64,000 nt of DNA from Barthelona sp. PCE (lineage: Eukaryota). Position 1 is the first letter of the stretch. Every line of letters starts with the position of its first letter. The DNA lies in assembly GCA_040285745.1 (NCBI GenBank), contig JAUFOR010000004.1:620001-684000 (forward strand). The letters run 5' to 3'. Made by a program: the position numbers and the translations under genes. Below the pieces are notes generated by a model. The model had not been told where the DNA came from. It saw nothing but the letters and a program-made list of their open reading frames with translations, and did no database searches. Of this stretch, positions 19,226 to 28,975 are shown piece after piece.

Positions 19226-19743
19226 GTTATGGGAATATATGTTTATAGCAGCTTAGACTTCTATGACATCACTTCTAAGGGCATTCAATCATAAACAAAT
19301 GGGTTTTACAAGGAGGATATCACAAAAAACATTTTAGGGAAATTGATTAAAAAACAGTTCTTCCAAACATAATTTAATTACGAATAAAAAAGCAACTTAA
19401 AGAAGTATAAGAATGTATTACATTGCATTATGTGTAAACATAAAGCATATAAAACAAAGCATATACCATTCTTGCCCAGTTATGACTCATACATCAGTCA
19501 TAAAAGGCTCAGAGCCCCGTGGTGATGAGATCACCGACTGACAGATTTAAGGACCGGGCGTTGTATTTTCCATTTCACCAAAACGGTGAAAAATGGAAAA
19601 GAAGATAAACTATTCATTTTTCACTTTCTTTGGACTGCAGAGCTAATTATACATCAACCTTTTTACAGAAAAGCTTGATAATGGAAAGAGTGAAAGTATT
19701 TCCTAAATTTTTAAATACTAAACTTTACTATGCTAAAAGCACA

Positions 19744-20901
19744 CTATTGATCATCGCTAAGCTCATGGTTGGAGACAACAAGAGGAGCCTTGTCTTCTTC
19801 AGGGTAATGCATACCTCTAAGCTTGATGGTACCGTTGTAAACGTACACACCTACAATCAAGAATGCAAAACCAAGTAACTCAACGACAGTCCAACGACTC
19901 CAAATCTCACCGAAACCTGGGTTAATGAGGTAGTGAATGATAAGGTTGGCCATAAGGATAGTGAGAGTACGAAGACCTTCGAGAGCAGAACGCATAACAG
20001 CAGAAAGGAACTTTGTGACGTACATACCAGAAAGGTTATAAGCTAGGATGAAGAAACAATAGATGATTACAGTGAAGAGGATGGTGTTAGACTTACCAAG
20101 CATACAGAGAGATTCAGTAGTGTTCTCATAGAAATGACCAATCATACCGTGTTGAGGCAGATGTTGGGCAATGTAGAGAATAATACCAGTAAAGATCATA
20201 CCATAAAGACCCTCGATACCAACAAGAAGGGCGGGAGGGATATCATCAGTGTAATCAGCCATGAGCTTTTGCTCGAATGTAACTTGAAGTGATTGGAAAA
20301 CTACACCAAGGAGAGCAACGATAATGCCAAAAAGCTGGAGGAGGGTATCGGTGCTGGGTGCTGAACCAGGTTGAGTGGGACCGAGAAGGGATGAAGCACC
20401 AACAATGGTGAGGGCGAATACAATGATAGCAACGGCGGTCCACTTGAAACGAGGGAGAGCCTTCTTGAGGATGAAGCGGGACATGAGAGCTGTGAAAACA
20501 GTCATAGAACCACGAAGAAGTTGCCAAACGGAAGCAGAAATGAAAAGCAAACTGATGTTCAACAACAATGTAGCGCAAAGATCACAAAGACTGGGAACGG
20601 CACTGATCATGTAGATGAAAGCGGGAGCCTTAGGTTGCTCAACTTGAAGTTTGTCATTTAAAAGAGGGGCATCCTTCTTGTCCTTCTTCTTGAATAATTT
20701 TGTGATATAGAAAACACACAAGCAGAGAGCCATACCCACGAACATACTAAGAGTTTGGAAACTGGGTTTGGCAAACTTTTGGAACTTCTGAGGGTGCTTG
20801 GAACTACATCCGGTAGTTCCAAGGCTGAAAAGTACCTTCTGAGTGACTACAGTACTCATACCGAAGATGAGCATGCATGATACGGCGATAGGAACCAACA
20901 T
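19744..20901 (-). CDS. SLC35F6-like DMT/nucleotide-sugar transporter family protein
   Basis: FAKPSFQTLSMFVGM, PSLCDL, SASVWQLLRG, EQKL, VGIEG; about 10 TM segments. Confidence 0.88.
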   Translation of the reverse strand: MLVPIAVSCMLIFGMSTVVTQKVLFSLGTTGCSSKHPQKFQKFAKPSFQTLSMFVGMALCLCVFYITKLFKKKDKKDAPLLNDKLQVEQPKAPAFIYMISAVPSLCDLCATLLLNISLLFISASVWQLLRGSMTVFTALMSRFILKKALPRFKWTAVAIIVFALTIVGASSLLGPTQPGSAPSTDTLLQLFGIIVALLGVVFQSLQVTFEQKLMADYTDDIPPALLVGIEGLYGMIFTGIILYIAQHLPQHGMIGHFYENTTESLCMLGKSNTILFTVIIYCFFILAYNLSGMYVTKFLSAVMRSALEGLRTLTILMANLIIHYLINPGFGEIWSRWTVVELLGFAFLIVGVYVYNGTIKLRGMHYPEEDKAPLVVSNHELSDDQ

Positions 20902-21435
20902 TTGGGTGATATTTCGTAAAGTAGTTTTATAGTAGGTAATTCTTTTACAATCCTGCGGATATTTTCCCGCGAATACCTCAAAAACTAAAATTTTTTGGCA
21001 AAAGACATGGAACTAGTTTGCCTGATTTAAAATTTCTTTTTGACTCACCTTGACTTTCTTCTTTTGATTGTTTGAATGTGAATTTGGCAGGATTCTTGGT
21101 CTAATATGTGTCAAACATCACATAACTTTCATACACGCAGATACAGTGAACAGGCACAACTAATAGAACGGTTTATTTCGCTTTTCGACTTACAAAGAGG
21201 CATGAGCCTATGTCATAGGACGAATAAATTACCTGAAGTTCAATAAAAGAGAGAAAAAGGGAATTGACCGATTCTAAATCCTACCTCCTCACCCTCTATT
21301 TGAATATTCTATTCGCCTCTGTCACTGTCATAACTGTATATAGTGTATCCGTGGAGCAATGTAATACATCACAATTTGACATTTGAAGTGTTATTTCCTT
21401 TTTCACTTTATTCTTCTCATTAAAGTTTAAAAACA

Positions 21436-22494
21436 ATGAGCGAAGAGTTTGTAGGACACACGCCGCTAACAACTGAATGGAGTTTTTACTTCAACAAACC
21501 AAGCAAAAGTGGGTTTATTTTAGAGATATTTAAGAAGCACTGTATCGTGCAAGACCTGTATACGAGTTAACTCATGGTAATTAAAAGTACTTAACAAAAG
21601 AAAGAAAATATTTTCAGTTAACTTTGTTAAATTGCTTTGCTACTGGTTTTAAATCTTTGAGACAGTCTGCTTCTTTAGTACCTCCACATATTAAGTACCA
21701 TCTAACTTTTAGGACACGTACGAGGCAAGGGTCTTAACTACTCCAAGTGGGAATGCACAAAGGTCTATACTATGCATAGTGTTGAGGCATTTTGGGGAAT
21801 CCAAAAGGCACTCATATCACCAGGAAGTGTTTCTGATCTCACATTATATTTGTTCCGTAATGATATTAAGCCAGAGTGGGAAAATGAGTTCAATCGTCAG
21901 GGTGGAGACTTCAGATTTGAGTGGCAGCGTAAAATTCACTTCGTTAAGAAGCCAGGAGGCAAGGTACCATCAACAGTCGAAAAACCTAACGGTATTGATG
22001 CTCACGTATTTGATGAGCTTTGGTTACACGCCATGCTTGTTGCAATTGGCGAAAGTGCTGCTTTTAATCATCGTATTACTGGTTTAGCATGTCAGGTTCG
22101 TTCTAATTGCTATCGTATTACCATTTGGACTTGTTCTACCGATGAGTCTGAGATGAGGAGCCTCGGAAACAGCTTCCACGAGACTTTTATTAATGCTGGA
22201 GTGCCCCCTGAACGGTATAATTCCAATCCATCATTCACATCTGTTGCTGAACGTATTCGTGCAGCAAACCATGGTGGTGAACCCAGAGCACTGTTCAAGA
22301 TGGATGTACGCCGTCGTGGACAACAACACAGAAATGTATCTCTCAGAGCCAATAATAATCCGCCATTAATTCCTTCAGGAGTTCCACAACGTACCAATAA
22401 CAAAAAACGAAGGAATGTATCCCAATTATCTGTTGAAAGGAGTGCTAAAAATACAACTCCAAAAACTGAAGAAGAGGAAGAAGCAACGGAATAG
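21436..22494 (+). CDS. eIF4E: Cap-binding translation initiation factor; exons 21436-21508 and 21713-22494
   Basis: Exon 1 supplies HTPLTTEWSFYF; exon 2 has SVEAFW, LFRNDIKPEWE, NRQGG, RITIW. Confidence 0.92.
21509..21712 (+). other. Spliceosomal intron, 204 nt, self-complementary
   Basis: GTGGGT...CTAACTTTTAG. It contains an in-frame stop, and removal gives a full eIF4E. Confidence 0.8.
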
Positions 22495-22594
22495 TTTTTC
22501 AAATGTATAGTTTATAATTATATTTTATACAAACTGGATTACACATTTAATGATTTTTTAATACTAGTTTATCGCGCAATAAATTTCATTCTTA

Positions 22595-22820
22595 TCGTAG
22601 GAGGTTGTAAATTTACTTCGGAGTTAGACACTTGTACGGGAGTTGCGAGCTCCCTCGAGTGCTGTGCTTGCACTGAGAATTGTTCTAGAGCCCTTTTTTT
22701 TTAAAATAAAAGGGGAGAAAGAAATGATGTAAGTACTCACAGAGTACAAGAGGGAAGACCGCGTGTCTACTCCTCAGTAGATTTACTCCTACGAAATAGC
22801 GTGTTATTCACAAGCGTGCC
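22595..22820. mobile_element. Family-1 foldback element, uninterrupted copy (226 bp)
   Basis: Reverse complement of 4383-4503 plus 4736-4840; lies between the convergent eIF4E and USP stops. Confidence 0.85.
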
Positions 22821-22858
22821 ATATCACATTTACACATTTTATCGTTTATCACCAATAT

Positions 22859-25558
22859 TTAGATACTGTTTGCAAAATAATTAATGATATCTTCAGAAAA
22901 TATTGTCTTAAATCGAGCAAGAATATCACTACTGTTATAGATTAAACCAAGTTTAGCTTTTAATCCAATAACTATATTATGACGAGTAACTTGCGAGCTG
23001 AGACTTTGTTGACCTAATTGCCATAATATACGTAAATTTTGACGGCCTTCACGGTCATAGAGACCAAATTCTTGTCCAAGTGCATTTATACTAGCATCTT
23101 GAATCGAAGCTAAATCGCGTTGTGCAACAAATTCAAACAATTCGCTCTCTGGACTCAATGTGGTTGCTGACATAAGAATAGCGCATGTTAAATCAATGAT
23201 ATCATCCTGAATTGTGCGAAGTTTCAAGATACAGGCATGATTCTGTAGAGCTGGGTCAGTTTCAATAACGATTGTTTCTACTTCTTTGAGCAAACGTGAG
23301 AAAACTGAACGAATATCAACATTTTCTGATTCTGCACTCTCAAATAAGTGTGAAATCATATTAGTTGCAAATACTAAAGCTGATTGCATATCACACGTTA
23401 ACTCACACAAAACACCTAATTTATCAATAGGTACTCTGTCCTGCATCATCGAAGTGAACATACTGATATCTCTCTGACATAACTTTGTAAACTGCAAGAA
23501 TATTTTGATTGTTTCCAGTTTTGCTTCAATACTTTGGGTTTCACTAACCATACTTGATACAACTTGCAACACACAAACATGATAAAATCGAATCGTTTCG
23601 TTGTAAAAAGTATCGATTCTTTGGTAATATGTCAGGTAAGGACTTTGAATATTGGCAATAAAATCTCCAGTGGGGAAAATTGATTCAAACGCTTCATCCG
23701 TAATACCTTGCTTCTCAAATCGCTCAAGAATGATGCTCTTCACAACAAGTAACAAATCTTCACGATAGTTGTGACTTACTCTCTGTTTATGACAGTGCTT
23801 AGCGATGCTCAACAGTATTGCGTTCTTTACCTCAAATATACCGAACAAGAGCATCGATGTTGGTCCGCTGTCGGTGAACTGCGCAAAAGCTGGGTGTAAT
23901 GGTTTTGTACTGATTTCTGAAAAGGCAACGATTTGATCTAATTTTGAGATAAGCGACTGACCAAACTGACGGTACACCCTTGTTGATTCAGGCGTGGAAG
24001 ATGTGACAAGACTCCAAGGTAGATCGGCGATCTTGAGCTCGACTTCTTCCACGTATGGTAAAATATGATCAGGAAGCTCATCAAGGGCAGGACGCTTCAA
24101 GTCATTGACTGTTCCCTTGCGGGAATAAAACACGACCTTGACTGTCTCACCCTTACACTGTCCGCTCAGAAGAGTCTCTACATCTATCTGATCAACGGTT
24201 TTAACACGTTCATCATCGAACTTTACCCAATCATCTCCTATACGAATCAACGTATACCAATGGCCACCGTACTGCACGGATCCACTGTGGACCCACAGTC
24301 CCCAGAGGATATAAGAGCAATCGTCGTTGATGAGCGATGGTGGTTTGGGAGATTCGTCGATCTCCTCTTCAATCAATGAATCGTCCGAGTCGACCAACGA
24401 AGTGGCGCTTTCTGAGCGTTGTGGAGCCTCTTCAAGGAACGTAGAGTGCGGCTGGGCAACGAAATCCATTAATAACGATATAATATCGCTGAATGTGAGG
24501 GTGTCAAAGTTGAGATCCAAAAGCGACAGTGCGCATATCCGACGCATCCTCTCAACTATGAAACTCTCCAGCGCAGACGCAACCTCGATTACCGTGCCTG
24601 CTGCACTCTCATGACCTGTGCTAATGAGGTGCTGGCTAACATCTCTGAAAGCAGAAAGTCGTTGTGTGATAGAAAAATCCGGAGCAATACCCAAAGAGCT
24701 CATCTCCAACACGATCTCATCAAGTAGTGCCTTTCGCTCCAACTCTATGGCACGCTTTGACTGTAGTGCCTTCATGTAACCTGAAAAATGCTCATCACTG
24801 AGACTGTTATAACATAACCCATCAAGGTTCATCTTGAGCGGTACGGTGAACTTCTGCTTTGACAGCTCGCCCTGTTGGATAACATGCTCGAGCGTTATTG
24901 ACAGTGTGCTTGGTAACGAAGAAAAGAAAACGTAACGGTTATTTGTCACGTGAGCTGATTCTAGCATTGCAGCTGGTAGGTCACTGGTGTTTGTGTATAT
25001 TATATAAAATATTCCAGAGAAGTCACGTTGTGAACAAATATTTTCAGGTTTGATTATCTGATTAAAAGGGTCAAAATTATTCTTCATAACAACTTCGCTT
25101 TGATTATAATGAAACAAACTCTCTAAGTCAATTTTTGGTTCAAGATATTTTAGGAAGATGTTAAAAAATTCAGTTACATCCTCTTGTTCATGATCGAATA
25201 AATTATTCGTCTCAAGAATTTGAGTCAACTTTTGAGGAGTTACAAAGTTGTATGGAGATATCATGAGTTCGATAAAAACCTTTTGTATTAATGAAACTGT
25301 ATATAAAACATTGTCTCCACCTCTATGAGCTTCTCTGGTATCAATATCTAGAATACGACGTCTGCTCTCAATATTATAAAATAAAAGCTGTAGAATAGTG
25401 CTCAGATAGCACGAATTTCCGGTGTTACTAAGCCCACAAGGTAAATTTTGATCTGATTTGATACTTGGTATTCTAACAGGTCGTTTCTGCTTTTTAAGAC
25501 TTTCATAAGCAGCCCTCTGTGCTGCGTAATCCGTGATTACAACGCCAAAATTATTCAT
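22859..25558 (-). CDS. Ubiquitin-specific protease (peptidase C19)
   Basis: Cys box GLSNTGNSCY, EQEDVTEF, His box VHSG...GGHW, WVKFDD. Confidence 0.92.
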   Translation of the reverse strand: MNNFGVVITDYAAQRAAYESLKKQKRPVRIPSIKSDQNLPCGLSNTGNSCYLSTILQLLFYNIESRRRILDIDTREAHRGGDNVLYTVSLIQKVFIELMISPYNFVTPQKLTQILETNNLFDHEQEDVTEFFNIFLKYLEPKIDLESLFHYNQSEVVMKNNFDPFNQIIKPENICSQRDFSGIFYIIYTNTSDLPAAMLESAHVTNNRYVFFSSLPSTLSITLEHVIQQGELSKQKFTVPLKMNLDGLCYNSLSDEHFSGYMKALQSKRAIELERKALLDEIVLEMSSLGIAPDFSITQRLSAFRDVSQHLISTGHESAAGTVIEVASALESFIVERMRRICALSLLDLNFDTLTFSDIISLLMDFVAQPHSTFLEEAPQRSESATSLVDSDDSLIEEEIDESPKPPSLINDDCSYILWGLWVHSGSVQYGGHWYTLIRIGDDWVKFDDERVKTVDQIDVETLLSGQCKGETVKVVFYSRKGTVNDLKRPALDELPDHILPYVEEVELKIADLPWSLVTSSTPESTRVYRQFGQSLISKLDQIVAFSEISTKPLHPAFAQFTDSGPTSMLLFGIFEVKNAILLSIAKHCHKQRVSHNYREDLLLVVKSIILERFEKQGITDEAFESIFPTGDFIANIQSPYLTYYQRIDTFYNETIRFYHVCVLQVVSSMVSETQSIEAKLETIKIFLQFTKLCQRDISMFTSMMQDRVPIDKLGVLCELTCDMQSALVFATNMISHLFESAESENVDIRSVFSRLLKEVETIVIETDPALQNHACILKLRTIQDDIIDLTCAILMSATTLSPESELFEFVAQRDLASIQDASINALGQEFGLYDREGRQNLRILWQLGQQSLSSQVTRHNIVIGLKAKLGLIYNSSDILARFKTIFSEDIINYFANSI

Positions 25559-25847
25559 TGATCACGAAAAACGGAAGAAAACAATAAACAAGCGAATATT
25601 GTTTGTCGAAGTGTCATAACGTTTTGCCAACTGCCAAGGTCGATTTTCAGGCTACAGATCCATAAGAATAAGTGTAGGAGCAAAGTATTGCTTTTCAGAT
25701 CAATTGTGCTCGTGTTGGTCTATTTATTATGATTGCATGAGTGGAAGTTGGATTAATAGGTCTTTTAGTTGGATAAATCATCATGTGTCAATCTTCACTT
25801 GCTTGTTTAGCATTTCACTCTCTATTCCTTTCCGCATCAATTTTTAG

Positions 25848-26318
25848 ATGGCCACACAAGACCCCAGGGCAGCCATAGGAGATTTTCTCAATCAGTCGAA
25901 ACCTAAAGAACTCCCAACAACTCATGAACAAATGCAGTTAACAAATACCCTTAGTGGATCACAACAAGCAACTCTACGTGTAGGCAAGAGCAGCTTTGAG
26001 GAAAAAAATCAAAGGGCAAATTCTTTATTCAGTGAAATTGATGGTACTGTTGCTGAAATTGAAGAAGAGATTAAATCACTACATATTTTACAAATAGAAG
26101 CCAAAACATGCCATGAAATAATCAATGATGATATAAAAGACAAAAAAAGAGCATATAAATCGCAGAGTAAGGTTACAAGAACTTCAAGAACAATTGCCCG
26201 ACGCAGTTCTAGTTTTTACCGTTTTTTGTTCTTCTTCACAATCATTATGTTATGTATTTTCCAATCAATTAAATTTGTTTATCAAAATTATGCGCTAAGC
26301 AGACCTCATATTATGTAA
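25848..26318 (+). CDS. Tail-anchored coiled-coil protein, SNARE-like (possibly Use1-type)
   Basis: Heptad-rich segment followed by a C-terminal TM (FLFFFTIIMLCIF). Confidence 0.5.
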   Translation: MATQDPRAAIGDFLNQSKPKELPTTHEQMQLTNTLSGSQQATLRVGKSSFEEKNQRANSLFSEIDGTVAEIEEEIKSLHILQIEAKTCHEIINDDIKDKKRAYKSQSKVTRTSRTIARRSSSFYRFLFFFTIIMLCIFQSIKFVYQNYALSRPHIM

Positions 26319-26330
26319 TCTATTCTAAAT

Positions 26331-28919
26331 CTAAATTAAGATCATTAAACAATCAGTAAGGACCTCAAGATCAAGAATGAACTCATCTTCAATTGAATCA
26401 AATGTCTCAGTCTTTGCAGTATTCTCTTTTTTCATTTTAAAAATGGAAAAAGCAATTTTTAATGATAATTGTCTTTTAATAGCACTGTAACTAGGATTAG
26501 AACGATGGAAACTAAGATAGTGTCGAAAGAAACTGATAATATAAATAAAAAGGTTTGATTGTGCTTGATTACTTCCAATGATCTTAATCATTGCCTTTTC
26601 GACTTCTGATTTAGTACGAACTTCCTTTAAAAGCAACATAGACTCTTGTGACACAATTATAAAGTCACTAAATGATGAGAGAACACGCATCAAATAATCT
26701 GCCAACAAGACAGGTGATTGTACATCAGATTGATAGTAAAGACCATCAACTATACCTCTAAAATTTTCATTACTCGCTGTGATAGAAAATATGTCAGGAT
26801 CGTTCACATGTTTTTGAAGATTGTTACACACAAGCCAAATCTCTCTAGGGATACGTAAAGGTGGTAATTGAGATAATTCTTCAGTTGAAATACTTAATTG
26901 ACTTATTAAAGTATTTTTTTCAACTTCACTGACACGCAGTCCCCACCAATCACCACTGCATAGTGTTGGAATAGGCTGAGCAAATACTTTTGCTTCCCAT
27001 TTAATGTTGCACGTTATAAAAAAGTCTTTACCGTTCAACAAGTGTAAAATTACAATTTCACTCATAAAACCTTCATTATTGAGTCTATTGCTCTCAAATG
27101 GGTCCGTTACACATACTGTAAGAGTCATTGTCAATGATTTACCAGGTAAAATAACAGAAATACTTGGAGAAACTGACAACCATGGTGGAAGACATGTTGT
27201 ATCACCTGGTTTCGGTACAAACTGCACCTGTGCAGGAACAAGACCTGTATTCGTTAATGTAATATCGTGCTTAACTGGGATGCTATAGATAACATCTTCG
27301 AACGTAATTTCCTGTTCAGAAACCTCGATGGAAGGTCTCTCATTGTTTGCTTTTCGCTCCAAATCGCGCAATGCAGCTCTATAAACGTTAGCTCGCTTCA
27401 CATCATCGTAATGTTTGATTTTTGCATTCATTGCACAGAATACAGGTTTATGATCGGAAATTTTGACATCCATGATTGATCTATAGTCACTTACCTCGAT
27501 AGCTTCAACGTTAAACAACTCAAAGTTATCGGTGTTAACGTGATACATAACTCTGTCACAGTATGATGCTGTACGTACCTTCTCAGCATCAATACCGGTG
27601 TATTCGTCGGTTTTTGGCTTGAACTTGTATGTTGGTAGGAAATTGATTGGAGGCTCAACAAAGTGCTTCATCATTGCACCGCTTGACAGCAACTGATCAG
27701 CGTCCACGAGGGCAGGGATGTTGTTTTCCGCAATGTACTGCAACGCAATGGCAGGGTTTAATTGTAATCTGTAGTTCAAATCACCAAAGAAAAAGATGTG
27801 GTCATAGGCGGAGAGAAGACTAGTGACGTTCTGAATTGGATCAACGAGACTAGGTTGTCTCGACTTTGAGTAAACTCCGAACTTCTTATCGTGACAGATT
27901 CCGCTTAATATACTGAGAAAATCAGTATTTCTACGTTCAAGCTTTGAGGAACCTGCAGCCAGATGTGAGTTAATAAAAAGCATCCTACTATCAAAAAACT
28001 TCATACTGACACCAACACCACCCTTGTTTGCTAAAACTCCTAACATACCAGTAGCAACTGTATCCACAAAAACATCATTAACATTCGCACGAATGTCTGA
28101 TCTTGCAAAGGCAGCAATCATGAGACCGGCCATCTGTTGGCAACAAATAACCGTATGAGTTCTGTAAAGCTCAGATTCTAATGACTGTCTCCAATCTTCA
28201 CCTGCAGTTGTTTCCTTTGACATCAAGCCACTTGCTGTTAGGTCTACCTCCTGCAGACCGACCATGATGAGCGGGAATGATTCTATTCCAGGGTAATATT
28301 CCAGGAAGTCAACAGGTTTCTTGTTGTTGACGTTATAAGTAACCACTAACACTCCCTGTTCGATAAGGGTGGTGAATTCGGGCTCGTGCGCCAATAGCTC
28401 ACTGTTGATGAATGTATCCCGATGCATACTCAAGTTTGATGTGGAAGGCTGTCCACCAAGCGACTCAATTTTCGTTGTTCCTTTCTTTACGGCTGTGAAA
28501 AACGTCTTCTTTTGGTGGGCCTGCTGCCTTTTTCTCCTATAAAACCTTAACCAATTGTGCCTGTAAGTAGACTCAAACGTAAAGCTGAGTTTTTTGGCAT
28601 GCTCAATTGCTAGCTCCAAAACTTCAACAAATGATGCTACACTATCTTCCTCCCCATGCACGGCGATCTCTACCCTTGTTGACGTTGGGCCAAAGCAGAT
28701 ACAGAATGAAAGAGGATCGTTCGACTCAATAACAAAATCTGACAACACAGGATATGCTTCAACAATTTCATGTTCATCCCCGTCCTTGAAGAGTATGACT
28801 GCATGCTCCTCAGGTGACTCAATACTCCTCAAGATGCATATATGATCAGCTTTTGGATGTACATTCAATGGCAGTACATTTAGACATAATTCAGACTCAA
28901 GACGTAACGATCTCAACAT
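26331..28919 (-). CDS. OCRL: OCRL/INPP5B-type inositol polyphosphate 5-phosphatase (PH, 5-phosphatase, ASH, RhoGAP-like)
   Basis: VGLQE, NKGGV, NSHLAA, GDLNYRL, PTYKF, SYCDRV, SDHKPV, ASH (LTNTG), IPREIW. First ATG at 28919. Confidence 0.92.
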   Translation of the reverse strand: MLRSLRLESELCLNVLPLNVHPKADHICILRSIESPEEHAVILFKDGDEHEIVEAYPVLSDFVIESNDPLSFCICFGPTSTRVEIAVHGEEDSVASFVEVLELAIEHAKKLSFTFESTYRHNWLRFYRRKRQQAHQKKTFFTAVKKGTTKIESLGGQPSTSNLSMHRDTFINSELLAHEPEFTTLIEQGVLVVTYNVNNKKPVDFLEYYPGIESFPLIMVGLQEVDLTASGLMSKETTAGEDWRQSLESELYRTHTVICCQQMAGLMIAAFARSDIRANVNDVFVDTVATGMLGVLANKGGVGVSMKFFDSRMLFINSHLAAGSSKLERRNTDFLSILSGICHDKKFGVYSKSRQPSLVDPIQNVTSLLSAYDHIFFFGDLNYRLQLNPAIALQYIAENNIPALVDADQLLSSGAMMKHFVEPPINFLPTYKFKPKTDEYTGIDAEKVRTASYCDRVMYHVNTDNFELFNVEAIEVSDYRSIMDVKISDHKPVFCAMNAKIKHYDDVKRANVYRAALRDLERKANNERPSIEVSEQEITFEDVIYSIPVKHDITLTNTGLVPAQVQFVPKPGDTTCLPPWLSVSPSISVILPGKSLTMTLTVCVTDPFESNRLNNEGFMSEIVILHLLNGKDFFITCNIKWEAKVFAQPIPTLCSGDWWGLRVSEVEKNTLISQLSISTEELSQLPPLRIPREIWLVCNNLQKHVNDPDIFSITASNENFRGIVDGLYYQSDVQSPVLLADYLMRVLSSFSDFIIVSQESMLLLKEVRTKSEVEKAMIKIIGSNQAQSNLFIYIISFFRHYLSFHRSNPSYSAIKRQLSLKIAFSIFKMKKENTAKTETFDSIEDEFILDLEVLTDCLMILI

Positions 28920-28975
28920 ATAACTACCAAAACAAAAACAAAAATATTGAAAAGAGAGTGAAATCAATTTACAAA

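Noticed and set aside
19495-19512. Minus-strand GCCTTTTAT as U5 snRNA loop 1
   Set aside because: The flanking bases do not form the closing stem.
11924-25618. TGTCATA recurring in intergenic DNA (11924, 19262 reverse, 21211, 21326, 25612) as a promoter motif
   Set aside because: The count is only modestly above chance for AT-rich DNA and distances to ATG are inconsistent. It needs a genome-wide test.
25830-25850. TTTTTAG directly before ATG 25848 as an orphan or trans-splice acceptor
   Set aside because: The branch pentamer TCAAT does not fit CTNAY and no donor was found.
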